Below are positions 42,311-58,300 of a stretch of 64,000 bases of DNA, in pieces. Every line of letters starts with the position of its first letter. The first letter of the stretch is position 1. The DNA is from a bacterium. GTDB lineage: Bacteria; Bacillota_I; Bacilli_A; Erysipelotrichales; Erysipelotrichaceae. The stretch is taken from NCBI GenBank assembly GCA_963631155.1, contig CAVGPK010000004.1, forward strand, positions 1,836-65,835, given 5' to 3'. The translations under genes were made by a program, and so were the position numbers. The notes under the pieces are model-generated. The model did no database searches and was not told where the DNA came from. It saw nothing but the letters and a program-made list of their open reading frames with translations.

Positions 42311-43599
42311 TATATTGTACAAATGGCATACAATGGTATATTTTCCATCCATCCTTGATTGACATATTTTAAAGTAGAAAAACGGATAGCTTTTTGGCAA
42401 TGGTATTTATCATAATAGGCTTTCAAACTTTTAGAATGAATTTTCCCTTCTGCCTTTACTTCAATAGGAACTACCAAATCTTCTATTTGAATCAAAAAAT
42501 CCTGTTCAAACGTTGATTTCTCTGTTCCATAGTAATAAGGTGTATATTCTGTATCAGAAATAAGTTGTTGCAAAACATATTGCTCCGTCAATGCACCTTT
42601 AAATTCAACAAAAATAGAATTACTCTCTAAAATCGTTTTTGCGGGTAAATCACTAAGTGCTCCTAAAAGGCCAACGTCTACCATAAAAAGTTTATATGCG
42701 GTTAAATTTATATAGGCTTTTATCGGTAAATGAGGCTCATTAACTCGATTTACCTTGTGTATAAGTCCACTATCCATTAACCATTGAATCGCAATCTCAA
42801 AATCGCTACTTCTTGCGCCTTTTTTAATCTGTCCAAAAAAGAATTTCTTATTTTCTTTCGCTAATTGAATAGGAATGGATTGCCACACCATACGAACTCG
42901 TGGAAGCGTTCTTTCATCGATATGTTTCCCAAAATCCAATTCATATTGTTTTAAAATATCATTCTGGATATGTCGAACTTCTTTATAATCTTTATTATTT
43001 CTAAACGCATCGACCGCTTCTGGCATTCCACCTACATAATAATAATTCTTTAACCAAAATAAATATTTATCAGAAAAATGGTCAATAAGTGAAAAATCTT
43101 TTGTGTTTAATGCATCTACCAATCCCTTTTCATCCATCGCATACAAAAATTCTCTAAAATTCAAGGGATATAAATCCAGCATATCTACTTTTCCAACAGG
43201 ATACGAAATCCCTTCGTGTATCGCAACACCCAATAAAAATCCTGCCGCAACCACATGATATTCTGGAGCATCTTCACAAAAATATTTTAAAGATTCTAAA
43301 GCTTTTGGAACATTTTGAATTTCATCTAAAATAATTAAAGTATCATTGGGCGTAATTGTAACAGAAGATTCAATGCTTAAATCCATTAAAATCCGTTTGA
43401 CATTAAAATCCATTTCAAACACATCATTCATTCTTCGATTATTATAAAAAGAAATATATGCCACTTTCTCATAATGTTCTTTTCCAAACTCCCTCATAAG
43501 CCAAGTTTTTCCTACTTGCCTAGCTCCCATTAAAATCAAAGGTTTACGATTTTTCTTATTTTTCCACTCTTTTAATGCATTCATTGCCATTCTATACAT
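42310..43599 (-). CDS. AAA_14 ATPase with C-terminal DUF4143 / PD-(D/E)XK-like domain
   Basis: GARQVGKT, LDEIQ, YYYVGGMPEAV, KLFMVDVGLL, EQDF...PIEVKA; start MYRMA after AGGTGA. Confidence 0.88.
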   Translation of the reverse strand: MYRMAMNALKEWKNKKNRKPLILMGARQVGKTWLMREFGKEHYEKVAYISFYNNRRMNDVFEMDFNVKRILMDLSIESSVTITPNDTLIILDEIQNVPKALESLKYFCEDAPEYHVVAAGFLLGVAIHEGISYPVGKVDMLDLYPLNFREFLYAMDEKGLVDALNTKDFSLIDHFSDKYLFWLKNYYYVGGMPEAVDAFRNNKDYKEVRHIQNDILKQYELDFGKHIDERTLPRVRMVWQSIPIQLAKENKKFFFGQIKKGARSSDFEIAIQWLMDSGLIHKVNRVNEPHLPIKAYINLTAYKLFMVDVGLLGALSDLPAKTILESNSIFVEFKGALTEQYVLQQLISDTEYTPYYYGTEKSTFEQDFLIQIEDLVVPIEVKAEGKIHSKSLKAYYDKYHCQKAIRFSTLKYVNQGWMENIPLYAICTI

Positions 43600-43628
43600 A
43601 AATATCACCTACTTACATAAGTAATATT

Positions 43629-43710
43629 ACACTTTTTCCGACATACTTTCTATATAAATCCACATTTTTTCCGACATGATTTAGGTAAAACTCAACACTT
43701 TTTCCGACAT
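43629..43710. repeat. Three 16-bp direct repeats at an exact 33-bp period
   Basis: ACACTTTTTCCGACAT (43629), ACATTTTTTCCGACAT (43662), ACACTTTTTCCGACAT (43695), with 17-bp non-identical spacers. Confidence 0.95.
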
Positions 43711-43726
43711 GACATAAAAAAATACA

Positions 43727-44050
43727 TCATTTATGCAAAGCTTTCATGATTCTTTTTGCCTCTTCTACATCCTTTAAATATAGATCTGAATTATAAAGAA
43801 CCGGAACATCGGATACATAAATAGCTAAATCATCATTGATTTTAATCCCCACATATAATTTGGGCTCCATTGCACTAAAGAATGAAGTTCCTGGAATCAC
43901 TTGATGTAAGAATGGCTTTGTCTACCCTTTAAAACTTGCTTGTTCTAAACATAATGTAATCTTCTGAATATCCTTTATATTATAGGTTCCAATCGTTCCT
44001 TTCTTGATTGTAAATGTATTGTTTTCAATTTCTACAATTTGATTTTCCAT
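43727..44050 (-). pseudogene. 107-codon hypothetical gene with in-frame TAG at 43922-43924
   Basis: GGAGG RBS; MENQIVEIENN...SFKG*TKPFLHQV...KRIMKALHK then TGA; absent from the ORF track. Confidence 0.75.
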
Positions 44051-44200
44051 ATTTCCTCCGACTTAATAAATTAAGTATACATGTATTTTTCTACGAGTAA
44101 TGCTTTAAGCACTACATAAACTGAAGAGTATTTACTACTGGAACAATCATCGAACAAACAAGTAAAACTATGTGATTCACAAAATTTTACCTTTACTTTT

Positions 44201-44356
44201 CTAGCCAAAAATCCATAATCCCAACAATACCAATACAAACAAGATTCCCATTACAATCATGCCTTTAGAATATTCAACCATAGATTGATGCGACTCATTT
44301 AAATGTTGATTGTCTAAATTTAATTTTTTGATAATCTTTCTGTATTTATCATTCAT
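44201..44356 (-). CDS. Small membrane protein or gene fragment (51 aa)
   Basis: MNDKYRK...GMIVMGILFVLVLLGLWIFG; GGTGGA RBS-like sequence. Confidence 0.35.
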   Translation of the reverse strand: MNDKYRKIIKKLNLDNQHLNESHQSMVEYSKGMIVMGILFVLVLLGLWIFG

Positions 44357-44358
44357 AT

Positions 44359-44490
44359 TATCCACCCGGAGCTTGTATTATCTCTTTTGCCTTTTTAATA
44401 TCTTTTAAATATAGTTGAACGAAGTTTTCTGGAATCACTTTAAACTTGTGATTTATATTGTAATATCTTTTTGATACTAAATGTATTTCT
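44359..44490 (-). pseudogene. Deletion-riddled relic paralog of the 43727-44050 gene
   Basis: Five colinear similar blocks, e.g. CTATATTTAAAAGATATTAAAAAGGCAAAA versus CTATATTTAAAGGATGTAGAAGAGGCAAAA. Confidence 0.55.
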
Positions 44491-44491
44491 G

Positions 44492-44992
44492 TTATCTATT
44501 ATTTAATAATTGAATATCGTACGGTTTGCTTTCTTCTACCTCAACTAAGATATATTCATTGTCATCTTCATCCAATGAATATGGAGTTCCTGCATCAGTT
44601 GATCTATAAGTTAAAGTATAATTTACTTTATCTGTATAAAATCCTTGAGCCGTGCGAGTTAGTGTCACAACATATGTTTCCGTTTTTCCAGTATAAGATT
44701 TTCTCGTTTGTTTAGGAATAATAGAACCTGCAACAGCGGAGTTTGATGATTTGCACGAGATACCTGAAAATGATAAATCAGAAATACTCGTTAAATTATT
44801 TGAATTATTGTATGTTAATCCTGCGGTAGCACGGAAAGAATAACTAAAACTATATGCAGACCAAGAAAATGAACCACTAACATTTTTCCCTACTAATTTT
44901 CTTCCATAAGCAAACATTGGCATTACACATAGTAATAATGTTAAAATCATTGACGTAAATATATATATAAATTTCTTATTTTTTAATTTCAT
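44492..44992 (-). CDS. Secreted hypothetical protein (Ser/Thr/Tyr rich)
   Basis: GGAGG RBS; signal peptide MKLKNKK...MPMFA. Confidence 0.75.
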   Translation of the reverse strand: MKLKNKKFIYIFTSMILTLLLCVMPMFAYGRKLVGKNVSGSFSWSAYSFSYSFRATAGLTYNNSNNLTSISDLSFSGISCKSSNSAVAGSIIPKQTRKSYTGKTETYVVTLTRTAQGFYTDKVNYTLTYRSTDAGTPYSLDEDDNEYILVEVEESKPYDIQLLNNR

Positions 44993-45386
44993 ATTTCCTC
45001 CTGGTTTTTAGATAAAATAAATTAAATATACATAAAATGCTCAAAGTTATTAAAGTATACATATCCAAGTTTTTAGTCAATATAAAGTAAATCGTTACCG
45101 TAAATTCGATTATAAAAGTTTGAATACAATTTACATTCACAATGCCAAGACCATCTTCAAAAATATAACAAGAATAAATTTTCTTGTACTTAAACTTTCT
45201 GCATTTATATTCCAATAAGACAATATTTAAAACAAAGATAAATGCAACCATTACAATAAATAAACCCATTTGTTTTGACTTAAAAAATGAAAAACATAGT
45301 ATCAATAAGGTTTGTATAAATAGATGATAATTACTATTTAGTTTCTTTAATAAATTTGCTGATTTCATGATTCGATGTATCTCCAA
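44976..45386 (-). CDS. Hypothetical membrane protein
   Basis: AT-rich ORF with several hydrophobic segments, overlapping the next gene start; start uncertain. Confidence 0.5.
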   Translation of the reverse strand: MEIHRIMKSANLLKKLNSNYHLFIQTLLILCFSFFKSKQMGLFIVMVAFIFVLNIVLLEYKCRKFKYKKIYSCYIFEDGLGIVNVNCIQTFIIEFTVTIYFILTKNLDMYTLITLSILCIFNLFYLKTRRKYEIKK

Positions 45387-45537
45387 CTAATTGACTCACT
45401 ATATTTTTCTTTTTTTGATAACGTTATCTCTAATTCTTTTATATCATCTATTATTTTTTGCAATCGTTATTTTTATTTTTAATAATTAGATTTTTTTACT
45501 TATACATGCTATTATATACCCAGAAAAGAGATAAATA

Positions 45538-45897
45538 ATGCAATTAACAAAAAGAGAAGATCAAGTAATGAGAGTTCTTTGGAACTCTGACAAACCATTA
45601 TCAGCTAGTGCAATTAAAGAACAAATGAAGGAAGATGTCAGTATTTATACAATTCAGCAAGTGCTTCAAAAGCTTTTGAAACAAAAATATATTAAAGTCG
45701 ATTGAATTGTTCAACAAGACAAAGCTCTAATGAGAGAATACGTACCTCTAATTTCACAAGCTGAACACATTAAAAAATTTATAAATATGAAGACAAACTT
45801 TGATTTGGCAACCCATTTCATTAATGAAAGTGAAGATTTAGAATCTATTCTTCAATTAGAAAAAATGATTGAAGAAAAAATCAAAAATCTAAAATAA
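45538..45897 (+). pseudogene. BlaI/MecI/CopY-family repressor with in-frame TGA at 45703-45705
   Basis: MQLTKREDQVMRVLWNSDKPLSA...TIQQVLQKLLKQKYIKVD*IVQ...REYVPLIS; the frame continues to TAA 45895. Confidence 0.85.
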
Positions 45898-45901
45898 CTT
45901 T

Positions 45902-46983
45902 ATGCGAATTTCTTCATCTTCCATATTTATAACTTTTATTATCAGTACAATAATGATTATTATTTAAAAAACAAAAGAAACTATCATTTCTTTAGAATTG
46001 ATTTTTTGTCTATACTTGGAACAATTATCTTCTTACGATTATTATTTCCTTTAGAATTCATTTTTACATTCACATTAGAAGCCCCGATTATTATGAATCC
46101 TATTCAAGCTCTATTTTTAACACCTATTTATAAAAATATGTTATTTAATCAATTCCTGCTTTTAGCATGGATCATTGTATCCATCCTACTATTCTTTCAC
46201 TATATTTTTGTTCTTTGTAAGCTAAATAAGAACACAGAAAAAATAATTTCCATCTCTCGTAGACTTGAAGACATGAATTGTGAGTATCCTATTTATCAAA
46301 CAAATTTTGTGAATGTACCTACAATATTTGCGACTAAAAAAACTATATTTTTACCTGAACTAGATTACTCAAGTCAAGAATTAAATGATATATTGGTTCA
46401 TGAAACACAGCATATAAATAATCATGATTTACTGATTAAACAACTCATTAATATTCTCTCCATAATCTACTGGTGGAATCCTTTCGTATATATGTATAAA
46501 AGCTAAATACAATTACTTCTTGAGATGCGAGTTGATAGTAAGTTTACTGACACACTAACAACTCAACAATCTCTTTTATATACTCAAAGCCTTGTTTCTA
46601 TTCAGAAAAAAACTATTTTCAAAAACCCCAAGAAAAATAGATCTTTATACACAAATTTTATCGATGAAAATGAAAATGTATTAACGTACCGTATTCGCTA
46701 CTTACTTGAAAATAATTTTAAGCATAAAACCAATAAGCTATTCTTATGTACACTTTTTATACTGCCATTTCTTGCCAATTCAGTTATTTTAGAAGCCAGT
46801 TTCAAGCTAGAAAATAACGATGAATACTATGAAGCAACCGATTTTAAAGATGGATATATCACAAAAGAAAAAGACGGATCCTACATTCTACATTTCGATG
46901 GAATGGATGCGATTATTGAAAGTCCAAAATCCTCCGAATTTAAAGATTTACCAATATTTGATACCTCGAAAGAAAGTGACTAA
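45902..46983 (+). pseudogene. BlaR1-like M56 peptidase (no penicillin-binding domain), frameshifted near 45960 and with in-frame TAA at 46504
   Basis: LRLLFPLEF, HETQH zinc motif, IYWWNPFVY, EMRVD; the two track ORFs share one frame. Confidence 0.85.
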
Positions 46984-47187
46984 ATGAAAAAAATATTATT
47001 TGCGATTTCTATATCTTTTTTATCTTTGTTTACAACACCTACAATATTATATGCTCAGCAAAATAATACAATCCAGCCAATAGCGGATATAAAAATATGG
47101 AAATACAAAGCAATTAAAGGTAGATTACACAAACGCTTATGGAACAAAACACAAAATAAATGGGAAACGGAATGGATTCCAGTCTAA
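46984..47187 (+). CDS. Small secreted basic, Trp-rich peptide
   Basis: Signal peptide, then ADIKIWKYKAIKGRLHKRLWNKTQNKWETEWIPV; abuts the M56 gene. Confidence 0.75.
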   Translation: MKKILFAISISFLSLFTTPTILYAQQNNTIQPIADIKIWKYKAIKGRLHKRLWNKTQNKWETEWIPV

Positions 47188-47213
47188 AAAAAAGAAGGTG
47201 AATTACTCACCTT
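47186..47213 (-). terminator. Terminator following the duplicated pyrF 3' end
   Basis: AAGGTGA/TCACCTT hairpin with a T-run on the minus strand. Confidence 0.7.
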
Positions 47214-47299
47214 ACTTAGACATTGTCTCTTCAATCAATTTATATGTTTCTTTTGGATTCTCACTCTTTGTGATTAAATGGCCAACAACAATATAATCA
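47213..47299 (-). repeat. Copy of the pyrF 3' end (direct repeat of 51685-51771)
   Basis: 62 bp identical (47213-47274 = 51685-51746) plus 25 bp with 5 mismatches. Confidence 0.95.
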
Positions 47300-47304
47300 T
47301 TTTT

Positions 47305-50563
<3,259 letters not shown>

Positions 50564-50677
50564 TTTCTCCTTTTATCTTTTTAAGCTAGCTTCAATTTAA
50601 TTTTAGTAATTTAGGTAAGCGCAAACAATGCGTTATATCTACTTGATTTATATCATTTCGTAAGATATTATGAAATT

Positions 50678-51683
50678 ATGAATAAAGATCAATTAAATAA
50701 ATTACTATTTAAATTAACAGACAATGAAAAAGAGTATAAAAAAAGGAGAAATTCGTTTTCACCTCGAATCTACTCACAGCCAAAAGCTTACATTAAAGGA
50801 AAAGAAGTATATATCCTTTATGGAAATGATTTAAAAACTCATAATATCGCCATTCGTAAAGATTCAAGATTCAGCTTTATGCCATTTTACACATATACAT
50901 GCATAAACTTAAATTATATCTACTCTGGACAATGTACATATTTCATTAACGACAAAGAAATCTGTTTACATCAAGGAGACATTTGCATATTTGATAAAGG
51001 GACTGTGCGGACCAAAATGTCAACCGGCTATGATGATATCGTTATTAATATTATTTTTAAAGAAGAGTTTTTCAAAAGTTCGATACATATTATGAAAGAA
51101 CAAAATCTACTCGCAAGATTTGTATCAAAAACTATGGAAATCAACACAAATCACGACAACTATATTATTTTTCATTCCAATAAAAGCGATAAGATCATTC
51201 ACTTATTTGATGAACTATTATTTGAGTATTATGAAGAAAAAGTATATTCTGAACAAGTTATTCAAAGTTATCTATCCATCATTTTAATTGAATTATTGCG
51301 TTCATACCAAGAAAATAAAAATTCAATTTTAGTTCAATTTTCAAATAAAAAATCCGACAATATTTATCAAATAGTTTCCTACATTGAAAAGAATTATACA
51401 AATTGTACACTTCATGATTTAGCTGAAACCTTCAACTATCATGAAAAATATATTTGTGCACTTTTAAAACAAGTTTATGGTAAACCCTTCAAAGAAATCC
51501 AAACAGAATTCCGAATGAAATATGCCGAAAGATATCTTCTTCATTCTGACTTATCCATATATGAAATCGGCCAAAAAGTTGGATTTAATAATCAGAATCA
51601 ATTTTATAAAATGTTTGAAAAATATTATGCTCTAACTCCCAAACAATTTCGAGATAAAAAAAGAAGATATCAATCGATATCTT

Positions 51684-51691
<8 letters not shown>
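50678..51691 (+). CDS. AraC-family regulator
   Basis: Cupin-like N-terminal domain; C-terminal L..SDLSI.EI...VGF.N...FY..F...Y..TP..FR. Confidence 0.92.
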
Positions 51692-54014
<2,323 letters not shown>

Positions 54015-54015
54015 A

Positions 54016-57000
54016 TTATTTCCCCATCTCATTCATAGAAATCATTGAGAATGATTGCGATTCTAAGACTTTCAATAAAGCATTTGCCGTATCTAAGCTT
54101 GTCATACAAGAAATATTATTTTCAGCAGACACACGACGAATCAAGAAACCATCTTCACTCGTTGAATTGTCCTTATTGGACATTGTATTAATCACAAAAT
54201 TTACATGACCATGACGAATGATATCCAATACATTTTCTTTATCGCTTTCCTCATTTACTTTGGCAGCCACATGCACAAACAAGCCATTCTCTTCTAAGAA
54301 TTTCGCCGTACCAGCCGTCGCATAAATACCATATCCAATTGTATAGAAGCGTTTTGCGATATCTAAAGCTTCTTGTTTGTTTTCATCCGCAATCGTCAAT
54401 AACACACTACCATGCATTGGAATATTCACACCCGAAGCTACTAATGCTTTATACAATGCTTTTTCTAAGTTTACATCGCCACCTAAAGCTTCACCAGTCG
54501 ATTTCATTTCAGGACCTAACACCGTATCTACACTACGCAATTTTGCGAATGAGAACACTGGAGCCTTAACGAATACACGATTCTTTTCTTCTGGATGATA
54601 GCCTGGAGTTAAACCTTGATCCACAATACTTTGTCCAAGTACACATTTTGTCGCAATCTGAGACATTGGCACACCTGTAATCTTTGATAAGAATGGCACA
54701 GTACGACTTGAACGAGGATTCACCTCTAATACATACACATTGTTGTCTTTATCTACAATAAATTGAATGTTGTAAAGGCCAACAAATTCAAACCCTTTAC
54801 CAATCTTCAATCCATATTCAATAATTGTTTTCTTAACTTCTTCATTAATGATTTGTGTTGGATACACACTAATAGAGTCTCCAGAGTGGATACCGGCACG
54901 CTCAATATGCTCCATAACACCTGGAATATATACATTTTCACCATCGGCAATCGCATCAATTTCAAGCTCTTTACCCACAATATATTTATCAACCAAGATT
55001 GGCGCATCATGACTAATCTCTTTAACCGCTGTAGCCATGTATACTCTTAATTCATCATCATTATGTACGATTTCCATTGCACGACCACCCAAAACATAGC
55101 TAGGACGAACTAAGACTGGATAACCAATCTTATTGGCAATGACTAGTGCTTCATCCACAGTAACTGCAGTTTCCCCTTTTGGCTGAGGAATCTCTAATTT
55201 ATGAAGCATATTTTCAAATTCATGACGGTCTTCTGCCAAGTCAATTGAATGTAAAGAAGTACCCAAAATCTTCACACCATGCTCAACCAAAGATTCTGCT
55301 AAGTTAATAGCTGTTTGACCACCAAATTGAACAACAACACCCAATGGTTTTTCTAAGTCAATGACATGCATAACATCTTCTGTCGTTAATGGTTCAAAAT
55401 ACAATTTGTCACTAATCGAGAAGTCTGTAGAAACAGTCTCTGGGTTATTGTTGATAACGATGGCTTCATAGCCTTCTTCACGAAGAGTTTGCACACAATG
55501 TACGGTCGCATAATCAAACTCTACACCCTGACCAATACGAATAGGACCCGATCCTAATACGACAATCTTTTTACGATCTGAACATTCCGATTCATTTTCC
55601 TGCTCATATGTTGAATAGAAATATGGAGTAGCTGAACTAAATTCACCCGCACAAGTATCTACCATCTTATAAACTGGAATAATTCCATTTTCTTTACGTA
55701 AATTGTACAAATCAAATTCAGACATATTCCAATTACGAGCAATATAGCTATCCGCAAAGCCATTTTCTTTTAATGTTTTTAAGACTTGAACATCCTTAAC
55801 ATGTTCCATCATTGTCTTTTCCAAATCAATAATTTTCAATAAATGATACAAGAAGAATTCATCAATCTTTGTCAAAGTAACAATGGTTTCCATGTCATAG
55901 CCATCTCTTAACCATTGTGCAATCGCAAAAATTCTTTCATCATCTTGAAGCTTGATTTTATCCAACAATTCCTCTTTTGTCATACCTACAAAATCTTTTT
56001 TATAGATATGATCCACTTTCATCTCCAAAGAACGAACCGCCTTTAAGAAGGATTCTTCAAATGTACGTCCAATGGACATAACTTCACCCGTTGCCTTCAT
56101 TTGTGTTCCTAAATGACGATCTGCACTTGGGAATTTATCAAATGGGAAACGAGCAAACTTCGTTACAATATAATCCAATGCCGGTTCAAAACATGCATAA
56201 CTTGTCTTTGTGATTGGGTTAATAATTTCATCCAATCCTAAGCCAACAGCTAATTTCGCACTGATTTTTGCGATTGGATATCCTGTTGCCTTACTTGCTA
56301 AAGCGGAAGAACGGGATACACGAGGATTTACTTCAATAACGTAATATTTGAAGCTCTTTGGATTTAAAGCCAATTGTACGTTACATCCACCACAAATTTT
56401 TAAAGCACGAATAATCTTTAAAGAAGCATTACGCAACATTTGGTTTTCTTGGTCTGTCAAAGTTTGTACCGGAGCCACAACTGTACTATCTCCAGTATGT
56501 ACACCAACTGGATCAATGTTTTCCATGTTACAAACAACGATAGCGTTATCTTTGGCATCACGCATAACTTCATATTCAATTTCTTTATATCCCGCAATAC
56601 TTTGTTCAATTAAACATTGATGTACAGGGCTGATTTTTAAACCGGCATCCGCGATTTCACGAAGTTCTTCTTCATTGTCCGCAAAACCACCACCAGTACC
56701 ACCTAATGTATAGGCAGGACGAACAACCAAAGGATAGCCTTCACGATTGGCAAATTCTATGGCCTCTTCTACCGTATGAACGATTGAACTTTCTGGTACT
56801 GGCTCTTTAATTTCCTGCATCAAAGAACGGAACAATTCACGATCTTCTGCACGATTGATTGCGTGTAAATCTGTACCTAAGATTTCAACACCAAAATCAT
56901 CTAAGATTCCATCTTCATGAAGTTCAACAACTAAGTTTAATCCTGTTTGTCCACCTAATGATCCTAAAATCGCATCTGGTCTTTCTTTAATAATGACTCT

Positions 57001-57225
57001 TTTCGCAAAATCGACCGTTAATGGTTCGATATATACACGATCGGCAATCGCTGAATCAGTCATGATTGTTGCTGGATTGGAGTTAATTAAGATAACTTCA
57101 TATCCTTCTTCTCTAAGAGATTGACATGCTTGCGAACCCGCATAATCAAATTCGGCGGCCTGACCAATGATAATTGGTCCAGATCCAATGACTAAAATTT
57201 TATGTATATCTGTACGTTTAGGCAT
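54016..57225 (-). CDS. carB: Carbamoyl-phosphate synthase large subunit
   Basis: MPKRTDI...[15 protein letters not shown], duplicated ATP-grasp domains, MGS domain. Confidence 0.98.
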   Translation of the reverse strand: MPKRTDIHKILVIGSGPIIIGQAAEFDYAGSQACQSLREEGYEVILINSNPATIMTDSAIADRVYIEPLTVDFAKRVIIKERPDAILGSLGGQTGLNLVVELHEDGILDDFGVEILGTDLHAINRAEDRELFRSLMQEIKEPVPESSIVHTVEEAIEFANREGYPLVVRPAYTLGGTGGGFADNEEELREIADAGLKISPVHQCLIEQSIAGYKEIEYEVMRDAKDNAIVVCNMENIDPVGVHTGDSTVVAPVQTLTDQENQMLRNASLKIIRALKICGGCNVQLALNPKSFKYYVIEVNPRVSRSSALASKATGYPIAKISAKLAVGLGLDEIINPITKTSYACFEPALDYIVTKFARFPFDKFPSADRHLGTQMKATGEVMSIGRTFEESFLKAVRSLEMKVDHIYKKDFVGMTKEELLDKIKLQDDERIFAIAQWLRDGYDMETIVTLTKIDEFFLYHLLKIIDLEKTMMEHVKDVQVLKTLKENGFADSYIARNWNMSEFDLYNLRKENGIIPVYKMVDTCAGEFSSATPYFYSTYEQENESECSDRKKIVVLGSGPIRIGQGVEFDYATVHCVQTLREEGYEAIVINNNPETVSTDFSISDKLYFEPLTTEDVMHVIDLEKPLGVVVQFGGQTAINLAESLVEHGVKILGTSLHSIDLAEDRHEFENMLHKLEIPQPKGETAVTVDEALVIANKIGYPVLVRPSYVLGGRAMEIVHNDDELRVYMATAVKEISHDAPILVDKYIVGKELEIDAIADGENVYIPGVMEHIERAGIHSGDSISVYPTQIINEEVKKTIIEYGLKIGKGFEFVGLYNIQFIVDKDNNVYVLEVNPRSSRTVPFLSKITGVPMSQIATKCVLGQSIVDQGLTPGYHPEEKNRVFVKAPVFSFAKLRSVDTVLGPEMKSTGEALGGDVNLEKALYKALVASGVNIPMHGSVLLTIADENKQEALDIAKRFYTIGYGIYATAGTAKFLEENGLFVHVAAKVNEESDKENVLDIIRHGHVNFVINTMSNKDNSTSEDGFLIRRVSAENNISCMTSLDTANALLKVLESQSFSMISMNEMGK

Positions 57226-58297
57226 GTTTTTTCTCCTTTTCCATTAGCTCAATAAATTGATCAAATAAATAACGTGAATCTTCTGGTCCTGCACTTGCTT
57301 CTGGGTGATATTGCACTGCAAAACAAGGATAATCCTTATGACGAACCCCTTCACAACTCTTATCATTTAAAGCTTGATGTGTCATTTCTAGACGTGTATT
57401 TTCTAAACTATCAATATCAACCGCAAAACCATGGTTTTGGGAAGTAATTTCTACTTTACCATTTGCCAAATTCACAACTGGATGGTTGGCTCCACGGTGT
57501 CCAAATTTTAATTTATATGTTTTAGCTCCACATGCCAAAGAAATCAATTGATGACCTAGACAAATTCCAAATACAACAGTTTGTGGAATCAATTCCTTAA
57601 TAGTTTCAATCGCAACTGTAACATCTTCTGGATCACCAGGACCATTTGACAACATGACACCATCTGGTTCATACGATAGGATTGTACTTGCTGGTGTATC
57701 ATATGGAACAACGATTAAGTCACATCCACGTTTAGATAGTTCACGCACAATTCCAAGTTTTGCACCAAAATCCATTAATACAACCTTATGTCCACGATTT
57801 GGGATTGGGAACACTTTATTTGTGGATACTCGTTTTACTTGATCATGTAAGAAATCAGCTGCCTTTAATGCAGCAACAACCGCATTTACATCAGCATCTA
57901 CATTAGCCATAACCGCCTTCATTGTTCCTATACTACGGATTTTCTTTGTGATGGCACGTGTATCTACACCATATATTCCAGGAATATTTGATCGTTGTAA
58001 GAAAGTATCTAATGTTTCTGAACATCTAAAATTGCTTGGATGTTCACAATAGTCTTTGATCACAAAGCCAAAGACACATGGAATCATACTTTCGTTATCG
58101 TCACGGTTAATCCCATAGTTTCCAATTAATGGATATGTCATCATGACAATTTGTCCACAATAGGAATTATCCGTTAAAATTTCTTGATATCCTGTCATTG
58201 AAGTATTGAATACCAATTCTCCAATTTGAAAATTATCACTACCGAAAGCTGTACCACGATACACGCTTCCATCTTCTAAAATTAATAATCTTTCCAT
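57218..58297 (-). CDS. carA: Carbamoyl-phosphate synthase small subunit
   Basis: [31 protein letters not shown]. Confidence 0.98.
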   Translation of the reverse strand: MERLLILEDGSVYRGTAFGSDNFQIGELVFNTSMTGYQEILTDNSYCGQIVMMTYPLIGNYGINRDDNESMIPCVFGFVIKDYCEHPSNFRCSETLDTFLQRSNIPGIYGVDTRAITKKIRSIGTMKAVMANVDADVNAVVAALKAADFLHDQVKRVSTNKVFPIPNRGHKVVLMDFGAKLGIVRELSKRGCDLIVVPYDTPASTILSYEPDGVMLSNGPGDPEDVTVAIETIKELIPQTVVFGICLGHQLISLACGAKTYKLKFGHRGANHPVVNLANGKVEITSQNHGFAVDIDSLENTRLEMTHQALNDKSCEGVRHKDYPCFAVQYHPEASAGPEDSRYLFDQFIELMEKEKKHA

Positions 58298-58300
58298 AAA

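Noticed and set aside
43629..43710. CRISPR array
   Set aside because: Only three 16-bp non-palindromic repeats with 17-bp spacers and no cas genes; kept as a phased repeat instead.
50564..50677. BglG/LicT RAT antiterminator upstream of the beta-glucoside PTS
   Set aside because: No RAT or terminator hairpin is visible; only a weak cre-like site (50614-50627) and the divergent AraC gene.
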